Part shown: piece after piece, positions 43,295-58,400 of the stretch | Numbering within the stretch: the first letter of the stretch is position 1 | Layout of the letters: every line of letters begins with the position of its first letter | NCBI GenBank assembly: GCA_964057225.1 | Contig: CAXKVF010000076.1 | Location: 496,001-560,000, forward strand | Length of the DNA stretch: 64,000 bases | Direction: 5' to 3' | Source: Auanema rhodensis | Taxonomy: Eukaryota > Animalia > Nematoda | The notes under the pieces: model-generated | The model's input: only the letters and a program-made list of their open reading frames with translations | Told to the model about the DNA's origin: nothing | The model's database searches: none | Made by a program: the position numbers and the translations under genes

Positions 43295-46200
43295 TTAGCA
43301 TAAATTAAAGTTCACGTAAATTTCAAAGTCATGGTTACCATGCACCAATATCAATAAAAATTTGTTTTTAGACTAATATGGACATGGGGAATCTAATTTT
43401 GAAAACCGCATCTCTTTATCTTTCACGTGAAGCGAGTTACATACCAAGTGCACATCACGTGTACATTTAATTAGCATAAATTAAAGTTCACGTAAATTTC
43501 AAAGTCATGGTTACCATGCACCAATATCAATAAAAATTTGTTTTTAGACTAATATGGACATGGGGAATCTAATTTTGAAAACCGCATCTCTTTATCTTTC
43601 ACGTGAAGCGAGTTACATATCAAGTGCACATCACGTGTACATTTAATTAGCATAAATTAAAGTTCACGTAAATTTCAAAGTCATGGTTACCATTAACCAA
43701 TATCAATAAAAATTTGTTTTTAGACTAATATGGACATGGGGAATCTAATTTTGAAAACCGCATTTCTTTATCTTTCACGTGAAGCGAGTTACATACCAAG
43801 TGCACATCACGTGTACATTTAATTAGCATAAATTAAAGTTCACGTAAATTTCAAAGTCATGGTTACCATGCACGAATATCAATAAAAATTTGTTTTTAGA
43901 CTAATATGGACATGAGGAATCTAATTTTGAAAACCGCATCTCTTTATCTTTCACGTGAAGCGAGTTACATACCAAGTGCACACCACGTGTACATTTAATT
44001 AGCATAAATTAAAGTTCACGTAAATTTCAAAGTCATGGTTACCATGCACCAATATCAATAAAAATTTGTTTTTAGACTAATATGGACATGGGGAATCTAA
44101 TTTTGAAAACCGCATCTCTTTATATTTCACGTGAAGCGAGTTACATACCAAGTGCACATCACGTGTACATTTAATTAGCATAAATTAAAGTTCACGTAAA
44201 TTTCAAAGTCATGGTTACCATGAACCAATATCAATAAAAATTTGTTTTTAGACTAATATGGACATGGGGAATCTAATTTTGAAAACCGCATCTCTTTATC
44301 TTTCACGTGAAGCGAGTTACATACCAAGTGCACATCACGTGTACATTTAATTAGCATAAATTAAAGTTCACGTAAATTTCAAAGTCATGGTTACCATGCA
44401 CCAATATCAATAAAAATTTGTTTTTAGACTAATATGGACATGGGGAATCTAATTTTGAAAACCGCATCTCTTTATCTTCCACGTGAAGCGAGTTACATAC
44501 CAAGTGCACATCACGTGTACATTTAATTAGCATAAATTAAAGTTCACGTAAATTTCAAAGTCATGGTTACCATGAACCAATATCAATAAAAATTTGTTTT
44601 TAGACTAATATGGACATGGGGAATCAAAGTTTGAAAACCGCATCTCTTTATCTTTCACGTGAAGCGAGTTACATACCAAGTGCACATCACGTGTACATTT
44701 AATTAGCATAAATTAAAGTTCACGTAAATTTCAAAGTCATGGTTACCATGAACCAATATCAATAAAAATTTGTTTTTAGACTAATATGGACATGGGGAAT
44801 CTAATTTTGAAAACCGCATCACTTTATCTTTCACGTGAAGCGAGTTACATACCAAGTGCACATCACGTGTACATTTAATTAGCATAAATTAAAGTTCACG
44901 TAAATTTCAAAGTCATGGTTACCATGCACCAATATCAATAAAAATTTGTTTTCAGACTAATATGGACATGGGGAATCTAATTTTGAAAACCGCATCTCTT
45001 TATCTTTCACGTGAAGCGAGTTACATACCAAGTGCACATCACGTGTACATTTAATTAGCATAAATTAAAGTTCACGTAAATTTCAAAGTCATGGTTACCA
45101 TGCACCAATATCAATAAAAATCTGTTTTTAGACTAATATGGACATGGGGAATCTAATTTTGAAAACCGCATCTCTTTATATTTCACGTGAAGCGAGTTAC
45201 ATACCAAGTGCACATCACGTGTACATTTAATTAGCATAAATTAAAGTTCACGTAAATTTCAAAGTCATGGTTACCATGCACCAATATCAATAAAAATTTG
45301 TTTTTAGACTAATATGGACATGGGGAATCTAATTTTGAAAACCGCATCTCTTTATATTTCACGTGAAGCGAGTTACATACCAAGTGCACATCACGTGTAC
45401 ATTTAATTAGCATAAATTAAAGTTCACGTAAATTTCAAAGTCATGGTTACCATGAACCAATATCAATAAAAATTTGTTTTTAGACTAATATGGACATGGG
45501 GAATCTAATTTTGAAAACCGCATCTCTTTATCTTTCACGTGAAGCGAGTTACATACCAAGTGCACATCACGTGTACATTTAATTAGCATAAATTAAAGTT
45601 CACGTAAATTTCAAAGTCATGGTTACCATGCACCAATATCAATAAAAATTTGTTTTTAGACTAATATGGACATGGGGAATCTAATTTTGAAAACCGCATC
45701 TCTTTATCTTCCACGTGAAGCGAGTTACATACCAAGTGCACATCACGTGTACATTTAATTAGCATAAATTAAAGTTCACGTAAATTTCAAAGTCATGGTT
45801 ACCATGAACCAATATCAATAAAAATTTGTTTTTAGACTAATATGTACATGGGGAATCTAATTTTGAAAACCGCATCTCTTTATCTTTCACGTGAAGCGAG
45901 TTACATACCAAGTGCACATCACGTGTACATTTAATTAGCATAAATTAAAGTTCACGTAAATTTCAAAGTCATGGTTACCATGCACCAATATCAATAAAAA
46001 TTTGTTTTTAGACTAATATGGACATGGGGAATCAAAGTTTGAAAACCGCATCTCTTTATCTTTCACGTGAAGCGAGTTACATACCAAGTGCACATCACGT
46101 GTACATTTAATTAGCATAAATTAAAGTTCACGTAAATTTCAAAGTCATGGTTACCATGAACCAATATCAATAAAAATTTGTTTTTAGACTAATATGGACA

Positions 46201-47518
46201 TGGGGAATCTAATTTTGAAAACCGCATCTCTTTATCTTTCACGTGAAGCGAGTTACATACCAAGTGCACATCACGTGTACATTTAATTAGCATAAATTAA
46301 AGTTCACGTAAATTTCAAAGTCATGGTTACCATGCACCAATATCAATAAAAATCTGTTTTTAGACTAATATGGACATGGGGAATCTAATTTTGAAAACCG
46401 CATCTCTTTATCTTTCACGTGAAGCGAGTTACATACCAAGTGCACATCACGTGTACATTTAATTAGCATAAATTAAAGTTCACGTAAATTTCAAAGTCAT
46501 GGTTACCATGCACCAATATCAATAAAAATCTGTTTTTAGACTAATATGGACATGGGGAATCTAATTTTGAAAACCGCATCTCTTTATCTTTCACGTGAAG
46601 CGAGTTACATACCAAGTGCACATCACGTGTACATTTAATTAGCATAAATTAAAGTTCACGTAAATTTCAAAGTCATGGTTACCATGCACCAATATCAATA
46701 AAAATTTGTTTTTAGACTAATATGGACATGGGGAATCTAATTTTGAAAACCGCATCTCTTTATCTTTCACGTGAAGCGAGTTACATACCAAGTGCACATC
46801 ACGTGTACATTTAATTAGCATAAATTAAAGTTCACGTAAATTTCAAAGTCATGGTTACCATGCACCAATATCAATAAAAATTTGTTTTTAGACTAATATG
46901 GACATGGGGAATCTAATTTTGAAAACCGCATCTCTTTATCTTTCACGTGAAGCGAGTTACATACCAAGTGCACATCACGTGTACATTTAATTAGCATAAA
47001 TTAAAGTTCACGTAAATTTCAAAGTCATGGTTACCATGCACCAATATCAATAAAAATCTGTTTTTAGACTAATATGGACATGGGGAATCTAATTTTGAAA
47101 ACCGCATCTCTTTATCTTTCACGTGAAGCGAGTTACATACCAAGTGCACATCACGTGTACATTTAATTAGCATAAATTAAAGTTCACGTAAATTTCAAAG
47201 TCATGGTTACCATGCACCAATATCAATAAAAATTTGTTTTTAGACTAATATGGACATCGGGAATCTAATTTTGAAAACCGCATCTCTTTATCTTTCACGT
47301 GAAGCGAGTTACATATCAAGTGCACATCACGTGTACATTTAATTAGCATAAATTAAAGTTCACGTAAATTTCAAAGTCATGGTTACCATTAACCAATATC
47401 AATAAAAATTTGTTTTTAGACTAATATGGACATGGGGAATCTAATTTTGAAAACCGCATCTCTTTATCTTTCACGTGAAGCGAGTTACATATCAAGTGCA
47501 CATCACGTGTACATTTAA

Positions 47519-50500
47519 TTAGCATAAATTAAAGTTCACGTAAATTTCAAAGTCATGGTTACCATGCACCAATATCAATAAAAATTTGTTTTTAGACTAA
47601 TATGGACATGGGGAATCTAATTTTGAAAACCGCATCTCTTTATCTTTCACGTGAAGCGAGTTACATATCAAGTGCACATCACGTGTACATTTAATTAGCA
47701 TAAATTAAAGTTCACGTAAATTTCAAAGTCATGGTTACCATTAACCAATATCAATAAAAATTTGTTTTTAGACTAATATGGACATGGGGAATCTAATTTT
47801 GAAAACCGCATCTCTTTATCTTTCACGTGAAGCGAGTTACATATCAAGTGCACATCACGTGTACATTTAATTAGCATAAATTAAAGTTCACGTAAATTTC
47901 AAAGTCATGGTTACCATGCACCAATATCAATAAAAATTTGTTTTTAGACTAATATGGACATGGGGAATCTAATTTTGAAAACCGCATCTCTTAATCTTTC
48001 ACGTGAAGCGAGTTACATACCAAGTGCACATCACGTGTACATTTAATTAGCATAAATTAAAGTTCACGTAAATTTCAAAGTCATGGTTACCATGCACCAA
48101 TATCAATAAAAATTTGTTTTTAGACTAATATGGACATGGGGAATCTAATTTTGAAAACCGCATCTCTTTATCTTTCACGTGAAGCGAGTTACATACCAAG
48201 TGCACATCACGTGTACATTTAATTAGCATAAATTAAAGTTCACGTAAATTTCAAAGTCATGGTTACCATGAACCAATATCAATAAAAATTTGTTTTTAGA
48301 CTAATATGGACATGGGGAATCTAATTTTGAAAACCGCATCACTTTATCTTTCACGTGAAGCGAGTTACATACCAAGTGCACATCACGTGTACATTTAATT
48401 AGCATAAATTAAAGTTCACGTAATTTTCAAAGTCATGGTTACCATGCACCAATATCAATAAAACTTTGTTTTTAGACTAATATGGACATGGGGAATCTAA
48501 TTTTGAAAACCGCATCTCTTTATCTTTCACGTGAAGCGAGTTACATACCAAGTGCACATCACGTGTACATTTAATTAGCATAAATTAAAGTTCACGTAAA
48601 TTTCAAAGTCATGGTTACCATGCACCAATATCAATAAAAATCTGTTTTTAGACTAATATGGACATGGGGAATCTAATTTTGAAAACCGCATCTCTTTATC
48701 TTTCACGTGAAGCGAGTTACATATCAAGTGCACATCACGTGTACATTTAATTAGCATAAATTAAAGTTCACGTAAATTTCAAAGTCATGGTTACCATGCA
48801 CCAATATCAATAAAAATTTGTTTTTAGACTAATATGGACATGGGGAATCTAATTTTGAAAACCGCATCTCTTTATCTTTCACGTGAAGCGAGTTACATAT
48901 CAAGTGCACATCACGTGTACATTTAATTAGCATAAATTAAAGTTCACGTAAATTTCAAAGTCATGGTTACCATTAACCAATATCAATAAAAATTTGTTTT
49001 TAGACTAATATGGACATGGGGAATCTAATTTTGAAAACCGCATCTCTTTATCTTTCACGTGAAGCGAGTTACATATCAAGTGCACATCACGTGTACATTT
49101 AATTAGCATAAATTAAAGTTCACGTAAATTTCAAAGTCATGGTTACCATGCACCAATATCAATAAAAATTTGTTTTTAGACTAATATGGACATGGGGAAT
49201 CTAATTTTGAAAACCGCATCTCTTAATCTTTCACGTGAAGCGAGTTACATACCAAGTGCACATCACGTGTACATTTAATTAGCATAAATTAAAGTTCACG
49301 TAAATTTCAAAGTCATGGTTACCATGCACCAATATCAATAAAAATTTGTTTTTAGACTAATATGGACATGGGGAATCTAATTTTGAAAACCGCATCTCTT
49401 TATCTTTCACGTGAAGCGAGTTACATATCAAGTGCACATCACGTGTACATTTAATTAGCATAAATTAAAGTTCACGTAAATTTCAAAGTCATGGTTACCA
49501 TGCACCAATATCAATAAAAATTTGTTTTTAGACTAATATGGACATGGGGAATCTAATTTTGAAAACCGCATCTCTTTATCTTTCACGTGAAGCGAGTTAC
49601 ATACCAAGTGCACATCACGTGTACATTTAATTAGCATAAATTAAAGTTCACGTAAATTTCAAAGTCATGGTTACCATGAACCAATATCAATAAAAATTTG
49701 TTTTTAGACTAATATGGACATGGGGAATCTAATTTTGAAAACCGCATCACTTTATCTTTCACGTGAAGCGAGTTACATACCAAGTGCACATCACGTGTAC
49801 ATTTAATTAGCATAAATTAAAGTTCACGTAAATTTCAAAGTCATGGTTACCATTAACCAATATCAATAAAAATTTGTTTTTAGACTAATATGGACATGGG
49901 GAATCTAATTTTGAAAACCGCATCTCTTTATCTTTCACGTGAAGCGAGTTACATATCAAGTGCACATCACGTGTACATTTAATTAGCATAAATTAAAGTT
50001 CACGTAAATTTCAAAGTCATGGTTACCATGCACCAATATCAATAAAAATTTGTTTTTAGACTAATATGGACATGGGGAATCTAATTTTGAAAACCGCATC
50101 TCTTTATCTTTCACGTGAAGCGAGTTACATATCAAGTGCACATCACGTGTACATTTAATTAGCATAAATTAAAGTTCACGTAAATTTCAAAGTCATGGTT
50201 ACCATTAACCAATATCAATAAAAATTTGTTTTTAGACTAATATGGACATGGGGAATCTAATTTTGAAAACCGCATCTCTTTATCTTTCACGTGAAGCGAG
50301 TTACATATCAAGTGCACATCACGTGTACATTTAATTAGCATAAATTAAAGTTCACGTAAATTTCAAAGTCATGGTTACCATGCACCAATATCAATAAAAA
50401 TCTGTTTTTAGACTAATATGGACATGGGGAATCTAATTTTGAAAACCGCATCTCTTTATCTTTCACGTGAAGCGAGTTACATACCAAGTGCACATCACGT

Positions 50501-52446
50501 GTACATTTAATTAGCATAAATTAAAGTTCACGTAAATTTCAAAGTCATGGTTACCATGCACCAATATCAATAAAAATTTGTTTTTAGACTAATATGGACA
50601 TGGGGAATCTAATTTTGAAAACCGCATCTCTTTATCTTTCACGTGAAGCGAGTTACATACCAAGTGCACATCACGTGTACATTTAATTAGCATAAATTAA
50701 AGTTCACGTAAATTTCAAAGTCATGGTTACCATGAACCAATATCAATAAAAATTTGTTTTTAGACTAATATGGACATGGGGAATCTAATTTTGAAAACCG
50801 CATCACTTTATCTTTCACGTGAAGCGAGTTACATACCAAGTGCACATCACGTGTACATTTAATTAGCATAAATTAAAGTTCACGTAATTTTCAAAGTCAT
50901 GGTTACCATGCACCAATATCAATAAAACTTTGTTTTTAGACTAATATGGACATGGGGAATCTAATTTTGAAAACCGCATCTCTTTATCTTTCACGTGAAG
51001 CGAGTTACATACCAAGTGCACATCACGTGTACATTTAATTAGCATAAATTAAAGTTCACGTAAATTTCAAAGTCATGGTTACCATGCACCAATATCAATA
51101 AAAATCTGTTTTTAGACTAATATGGACATGGGGAATCTAATTTTGAAAACCGCATCTCTTTATCTTTCACGTGAAGCGAGTTACATATCAAGTGCACATC
51201 ACGTGTACATTTAATTAGCATAAATTAAAGTTCACGTAAATTTCAAAGTCATGGTTACCATGCACCAATATCAATAAAAATTTGTTTTTAGACTAATATG
51301 GACATGGGGAATCTAATTTTGAAAACCGCATCTCTTTATCTTTCACGTGAAGCGAGTTACATATCAAGTGCACATCACGTGTACATTTAATTAGCATAAA
51401 TTAAAGTTCACGTAAATTTCAAAGTCATGGTTACCATTAACCAATATCAATAAAAATTTGTTTTTAGACTAATATGGACATGGGGAATCTAATTTTGAAA
51501 ACCGCATCTCTTTATCTTTCACGTGAAGCGAGTTACATATCAAGTGCACATCACGTGTACATTTAATTAGCATAAATTAAAGTTCACGTAAATTTCAAAG
51601 TCATGGTTACCATGCACCAATATCAATAAAAATTTGTTTTTAGACTAATATGGACATGGGGAATCTAATTTTGAAAACCGCATCTCTTAATCTTTCACGT
51701 GAAGCGAGTTACATACCAAGTGCACATCACGTGTACATTTAATTAGCATAAATTAAAGTTCACGTAAATTTCAAAGTCATGGTTACCATGCACCAATATC
51801 AATAAAAATTTGTTTTTAGACTAATATGGACATGGGGAATCTAATTTTGAAAACCGCATCTCTTTATCTTTCACGTGAAGCGAGTTACATACCAAGTGCA
51901 CATCACGTGTACATTTAATTAGCATAAATTAAAGTTCACGTAAATTTCAAAGTCATGGTTACCATGAACCAATATCAATAAAAATTTGTTTTTAGACTAA
52001 TATGGACATGGGGAATCTAATTTTGAAAACCGCATCACTTTATCTTTCACGTGAAGCGAGTTACATACCAAGTGCACATCACGTGTACATTTAATTAGCA
52101 TAAATTAAAGTTCACGTAATTTTCAAAGTCATGGTTACCATGCACCAATATCAATAAAACTTTGTTTTTAGACTAATATGGACATGGGGAATCTAATTTT
52201 GAAAACCGCATCTCTTTATCTTTCACGTGAAGCGAGTTACATACCAAGTGCACATCACGTGTACATTTAATTAGCATAAATTAAAGTTCACGTAAATTTC
52301 AAAGTCATGGTTACCATGCACCAATATCAATAAAAATCTGTTTTTAGACTAATATGGACATGGGGAATCTAATTTTGAAAACCGCATCTCTTTATCTTTC
52401 ACGTGAAGCAAGTTACATACCAAGTGCACATCACGTGTACATTTAA
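47519..52446. repeat. Interrupted 7-mer (1232-bp) higher-order repeat
   Basis: A26T+A66C monomers start at 48399, 50863 and 52095, and T123A monomers at 47871, 49103 and 51567. Spacings are 1232 or 2464 bp. Confidence 0.8.
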
Positions 52447-55400
52447 TTAGCATAAATTAAAGTTCACGTAAATTTCAAAGTCATGGTTACCATGCACCAA
52501 TATCAATAAAAATTTGTTTTTAGACTAATATGGACATGGGGAATCTAATTTTGAAAACCGCATCTCTTTATATTTCACGTGAAGCGAGTTACATACCAAG
52601 TGCACATCACGTGTACATTTAATTAGCATAAATTAAAGTTCACGTAAATTTCAAAGTCATGGTTACCATGAACCAATATCAATAAAAATTTGTTTTTAGA
52701 CTAATATGGACATGGGGAATCTAATTTTGAAAACCGCATCTCTTTATCTTTCACGTGAAGCGAGTTACATACCAAGTGCACATCACGTGTACATTTAATT
52801 AGCATAAATTAAAGTTCACGTAAATTTCAAAGTCATGGTTACCATGCACCAATATCAATAAAAATTTGTTTTTAGACTAATATGGACATGGGGAATCTAA
52901 TTTTGAAAACCGCATCTCTTTATCTTCCACGTGAAGCGAGTTACATACCAAGTGCACATCACGTGTACATTTAATTAGCATAAATTAAAGTTCACGTAAA
53001 TTTCAAAGTCATGGTTACCATGAACCAATATCAATAAAAATTTGTTTTTAGACTAATATGTACATGGGGAATCTAATTTTGAAAACCGCATCTCTTTATC
53101 TTTCACGTGAAGCGAGTTACATACCAAGTGCACATCACGTGTACATTTAATTAGCATAAATTAAAGTTCACGTAAATTTCAAAGTCATGGTTACCATGAA
53201 CCAATATCAATAAAAATTTGTTTTTAGACTAATATGGACATGGGGAATCTAATTTTGAAAACCGCATCTCTTTATCTTTCACGTGAAGCAAGTTACATAC
53301 CAAGTGCACATCACGTGTACATTTAATTAGCATAAATTAAAGTTCACGTAAATTTCAAAGTCATGGTTACCATGCACCAATATCAATAAAAATTTGTTTT
53401 TAGACTAATATGGACATGGGGAATCTAATTTTGAAAACCGCATCTCTTTATCTTTCACGTGAAGCGAGTTACATACCAAGTGCACATCACGTGTACATTT
53501 AATTAGCATAAATTAAAGTTCACGTAAATTTCAAAGTCATGGTTACCATGCACCAATATCAATAAAAATTTGTTTTTAGACTAATATGGACATGGGGAAT
53601 CTTATTTTGAAAACCGCATCTCTTTATCTTTCACGTGAAGCGAGTTACATATCAAGTGCACATCACGTGTACATTTAATTAGCATAAATTAAAGTTCACG
53701 TAAATTTCAAAGTCATGGTTACCATTAACCAATATCAATAAAAAATTGTTTTTAGACTAATATGGACATGGGGAATCTAATTTTGAAAACCGCATCTCTT
53801 TATCTTTCACGTGAAGCGAGTTACATATCAAGTGCACATCACGTGTACATTTAATTAGCATAAATTAAAGTTCACGTAAATTTCAAAGTCATGGTTACCA
53901 TGCACCAATATCAATAAAAATTTGTTTTTAGACTAATATGGACATGGGGAATCTAATTTTGAAAACCGCATCTCTTTATCTTTCACGTGAAGCGAGTTAC
54001 ATATCAAGTGCACATCACGTGTACATTTAATTAGCATAAATTAAAGTTCACGTAAATTTCAAAGTCATGGTTACCATTAACCAATATCAATAAAAATTTG
54101 TTTTTAGACTAATATGGACATGGGGAATCTAATTTTGAAAACCGCATCTCTTTATCTTTCACGTGAAGCGAGTTACATATCAAGTGCACATCACGTGTAC
54201 ATTTAATTAGCATAAATTAAAGTTCACGTAAATTTCAAAGTCATGGTTACCATGAACCAATATCAATAAAAATTTGTTTTTAGACTAATATGGACATGGG
54301 GAATCTAATTTTGAAAACCGCATCTCTTTATCTTTCACGTGAAGCGAGTTACATACCAAGTGCACATCACGTGTACATTTAATTAGCATAAATTAAAGTT
54401 CACGTAAATTTCAAAGTCATGGTTACCATGCACCAATATCAATAAAAATTTGTTTTTAGACTAGTATGGACATCGGGAATCTAATTTTGAAAACCGCATC
54501 TCTTTATCTTTCACGTGAAGCGAGTTACATATCAAGTGCACATCACGTGTACATTTAATTAGCATAAATTAAAGTTCACGTAAATTTCAAAGTCATGGTT
54601 ACCATGAACCAATATCAATAAAAATTTGTTTTTAGACTAATATGGACATGGGGAATCTAATTTTGAAAACCGCATCTCTTTATCTTTCACGTGAAGCGAG
54701 TTACATACCAAGTGCACATCACGTGTACATTTAATTAGCATAAATTAAAGTTCACGTAAATTTCAAAGTCATGGTTACCATGCACCAATATCAATAAAAA
54801 TTTGTTTTTAGACTAATATGGACATGGGGAATCTAATTTTGAAAACCGCATCTCTTTATCTTCCACGTGAAGCGAGTTACATACCAAGTGCACATCACGT
54901 GTACATTTAATTAGCATAAATTAAAGTTCACGTAAATTTCAAAGTCATGGTTACCATGAACCAATATCAATAAAAATTTGTTTTTAGACTAATATGTACA
55001 TGGGGAATCTAATTTTGAAAACCGCATCTCTTTATCTTTCACGTGAAGCGAGTTACATACCAAGTGCACATCACGTGTACATTTAATTAGCATAAATTAA
55101 AGTTCACGTAAATTTCAAAGTCATGGTTACCATGCACCAATATCAATAAAAATTTGTTTTTAGACTAATATGGACATGGGGAATCTAATTTTGAAAACCG
55201 CATCTCTTTATCTTTCACGTGAAGCGAGTTACATATCAAGTGCACATCACGTGTACATTTAATTAGCATAAATTAAAGTTCACGTAAATTTCAAAGTCAT
55301 GGTTACCATTAACCAATATCAATAAAAATTTGTTTTTAGACTAATATGGACATGGGGAATCTAATTTTGAAAACCGCATTTCTTTATCTTTCACGTGAAG

Positions 55401-58400
55401 CGAGTTACATACCAAGTGCACATCACGTGTACATTTAATTAGCATAAATTAAAGTTCACGTAAATTTCAAAGTCATGGTTACCATGCACCAATATCAATA
55501 AAAATTTGTTTTTAGACTAATATGGACATGAGGAATCTAATTTTGAAAACCGCATCTCTTTATCTTTCACGTGAAGCGAGTTACATACCAAGTGCACATC
55601 ACGTGTACATTTAATTAGCATAAATTAAAGTTCACGTAAATTTCAAAGTCATGGTTACCATGCACCAATATCAATAAAAATTTGTTTTTAGACTAATATG
55701 GACATGGGGAATCTAATTTTGAAAACCGCATCTCTTTATATTTCACGTGAAGCGAGTTACATACCAAGTGCACATCACGTGTACATTTAATTAGCATAAA
55801 TTAAAGTTCACGTAAATTTCAAAGTCATGGTTACCATGCACCAATATCAATAAAAATTTGTTTTTAGACTAATATGGACATGGGGAATCTAATTTTGAAA
55901 ACCGCATCTCTTTATCTTCCACGTGAAGCGAGTTACATACCAAGTGCACATCACGTGTACATTTAATTAGCATAAATTAAAGTTCACGTAAATTTCAAAG
56001 TCATGGTTACCATGAACCAATATCAATAAAAATTTGTTTTTAGACTAATATGGACATGGGGAATCTAATTTTGAAAACCGCATCTCTTTATCTTCCACGT
56101 GAAGCGAGTTACATACCAAGTGCACATCACGTGTACATTTAATTAGCATAAATTAAAGTTCACGTAAATTTCAAAGTCATGGTTACCATGAACCAATATC
56201 AATAAAAATTTGTTTTTAGACTAATATGGACATGGGGAATCAAAGTTTGAAAACCGCATCTCTTTATCTTTCACGTGAAGCGAGTTACATACCAAGTGCA
56301 CATCACGTGTACATTTAATTAGCATAAATTAAAGTTCACGTAAATTTCAAAGTCATGGTTACCATGAACCAATATCAATAAAAATTTGTTTTTAGACTAA
56401 TATGGACATGGGGAATCTAATTTTGAAAACCGCATCACTTTATCTTTCACGTGAAGCGAGTTACATACCAAGTGCACATCACGTGTACATTTAATTAGCA
56501 TAAATTAAAGTTCACGTAAATTTCAAAGTCATGGTTACCATGCACCAATATCAATAAAAATTTGTTTTTAGACTAATATGGACATGGGGAATCTAATTTT
56601 GAAAACCGCATCTCTTTATCTTTCACGTGAAGCGAGTTACATACCAAGTGCACATCACGTGTACATTTAATTAGCATAAATTAAAGTTCACGTAAATTTC
56701 AAAGTCATGGTTACCATGCACCAATATCAATAAAAATCTGTTTTTAGACTAATATAGACATGGGGAATCTAATTTTGAAAACCGCATCTCTTTATCTTTC
56801 ACGTGAAGCGAGTTACATACCAAGTGCACATCACGTGTACATTTAATTAGCATAAATTAAAGTTCACGTAAATTTCAAAGTCATGGTTACCATGCACCAA
56901 TATCAATAAAAATTTGTTTTTAGACTAATATGGACATGGGGAATCTTATTTTGAAAACCGCATCTCTTTATCTTTCACGTGAAGCGAGTTACATATCAAG
57001 TGCACATCACGTGTACATTTAATTAGCATAAATTAAAGTTCACGTAAATTTCAAAGTCATGGTTACCATTAACCAATATCAATAAAAAATTGTTTTTAGA
57101 CTAATATGGACATGGGGAATCTAATTTTGAAAACCGCATCTCTTTATCTTTCACGTGAAGCGAGTTACATATCAAGTGCACATCACGTGTACATTTAATT
57201 AGCATAAATTAAAGTTCACGTAAATTTCAAAGTCATGGTTACCATGCACCAATATCAATAAAAATTTGTTTTTAGACTAATATGGACATGGGGAATCTAA
57301 TTTTGAAAACCGCATCTCTTTATCTTTCACGTGAAGCGAGTTACATATCAAGTGCACATCACGTGTACATTTAATTAGCATAAATTAAAGTTCACGTAAA
57401 TTTCAAAGTCATGGTTACCATTAACCAATATCAATAAAAATTTGTTTTTAGACTAATATGGACATGGGGAATCTAATTTTGAAAACCGCATCTCTTTATC
57501 TTTCACGTGAAGCGAGTTACATATCAAGTGCACATCACGTGTACATTTAATTAGCATAAATTAAAGTTCACGTAAATTTCAAAGTCATGGTTACCATGCA
57601 CCAATATCAATAAAAATTTGTTTTTAGACTAATATGGACATGGGGAATCTAATTTTGAAAACCGCATCTCTTTATCTTTCACGTGAAGCGAGTTACATAT
57701 CAAGTGCACATCACGTGTACATTTAATTAGCATAAATTAAAGTTCACGTAAATTTCAAAGTCATGGTTACCATTTACCAATATCAATAAAAATTTGTTTT
57801 TAGACTAATATGGACATGGGGAATCTAATTTTGAAAACCGCATCTCTTTATCTTTCACGTGAAGCGAGTTACATACCAAGTGCACATCACGTGTACATTT
57901 AATTAGCATAAATTAAAGTTCACGTAAATTTCAAAGTCATGGTTACCATGCACCAATATCAATAAAAATTTGTTTTTAGACTAATATGGACATGGGGAAT
58001 CTAATTTTGAAAACCGCATCTCTTTATCTTTCACGTGAAGCGAGTTACATACCAAGTGCACATCACGTGTACATTTAATTAGCATAAATTAAAGTTCACG
58101 TAAATTTCAAAGTCATGGTTACCATGAACCAATATCAATAAAAATTTGTTTTTAGACTAATATGGACATGGGGAATCTAATTTTGAAAACCGCATCTCTT
58201 TATCTTTCACGTGAAGCGAGTTACATACCAAGTGCACATCACGTGTACATTTAATTAGCATAAATTAAAGTTCACGTAAATTTCAAAGTCATGGTTACCA
58301 TGCACCAATATCAATAAAAATTTGTTTTTAGACTAATATGGACATGGGGAATCTAATTTTGAAAACCGCATCTCTTTATCTTCCACGTGAAGCGAGTTAC

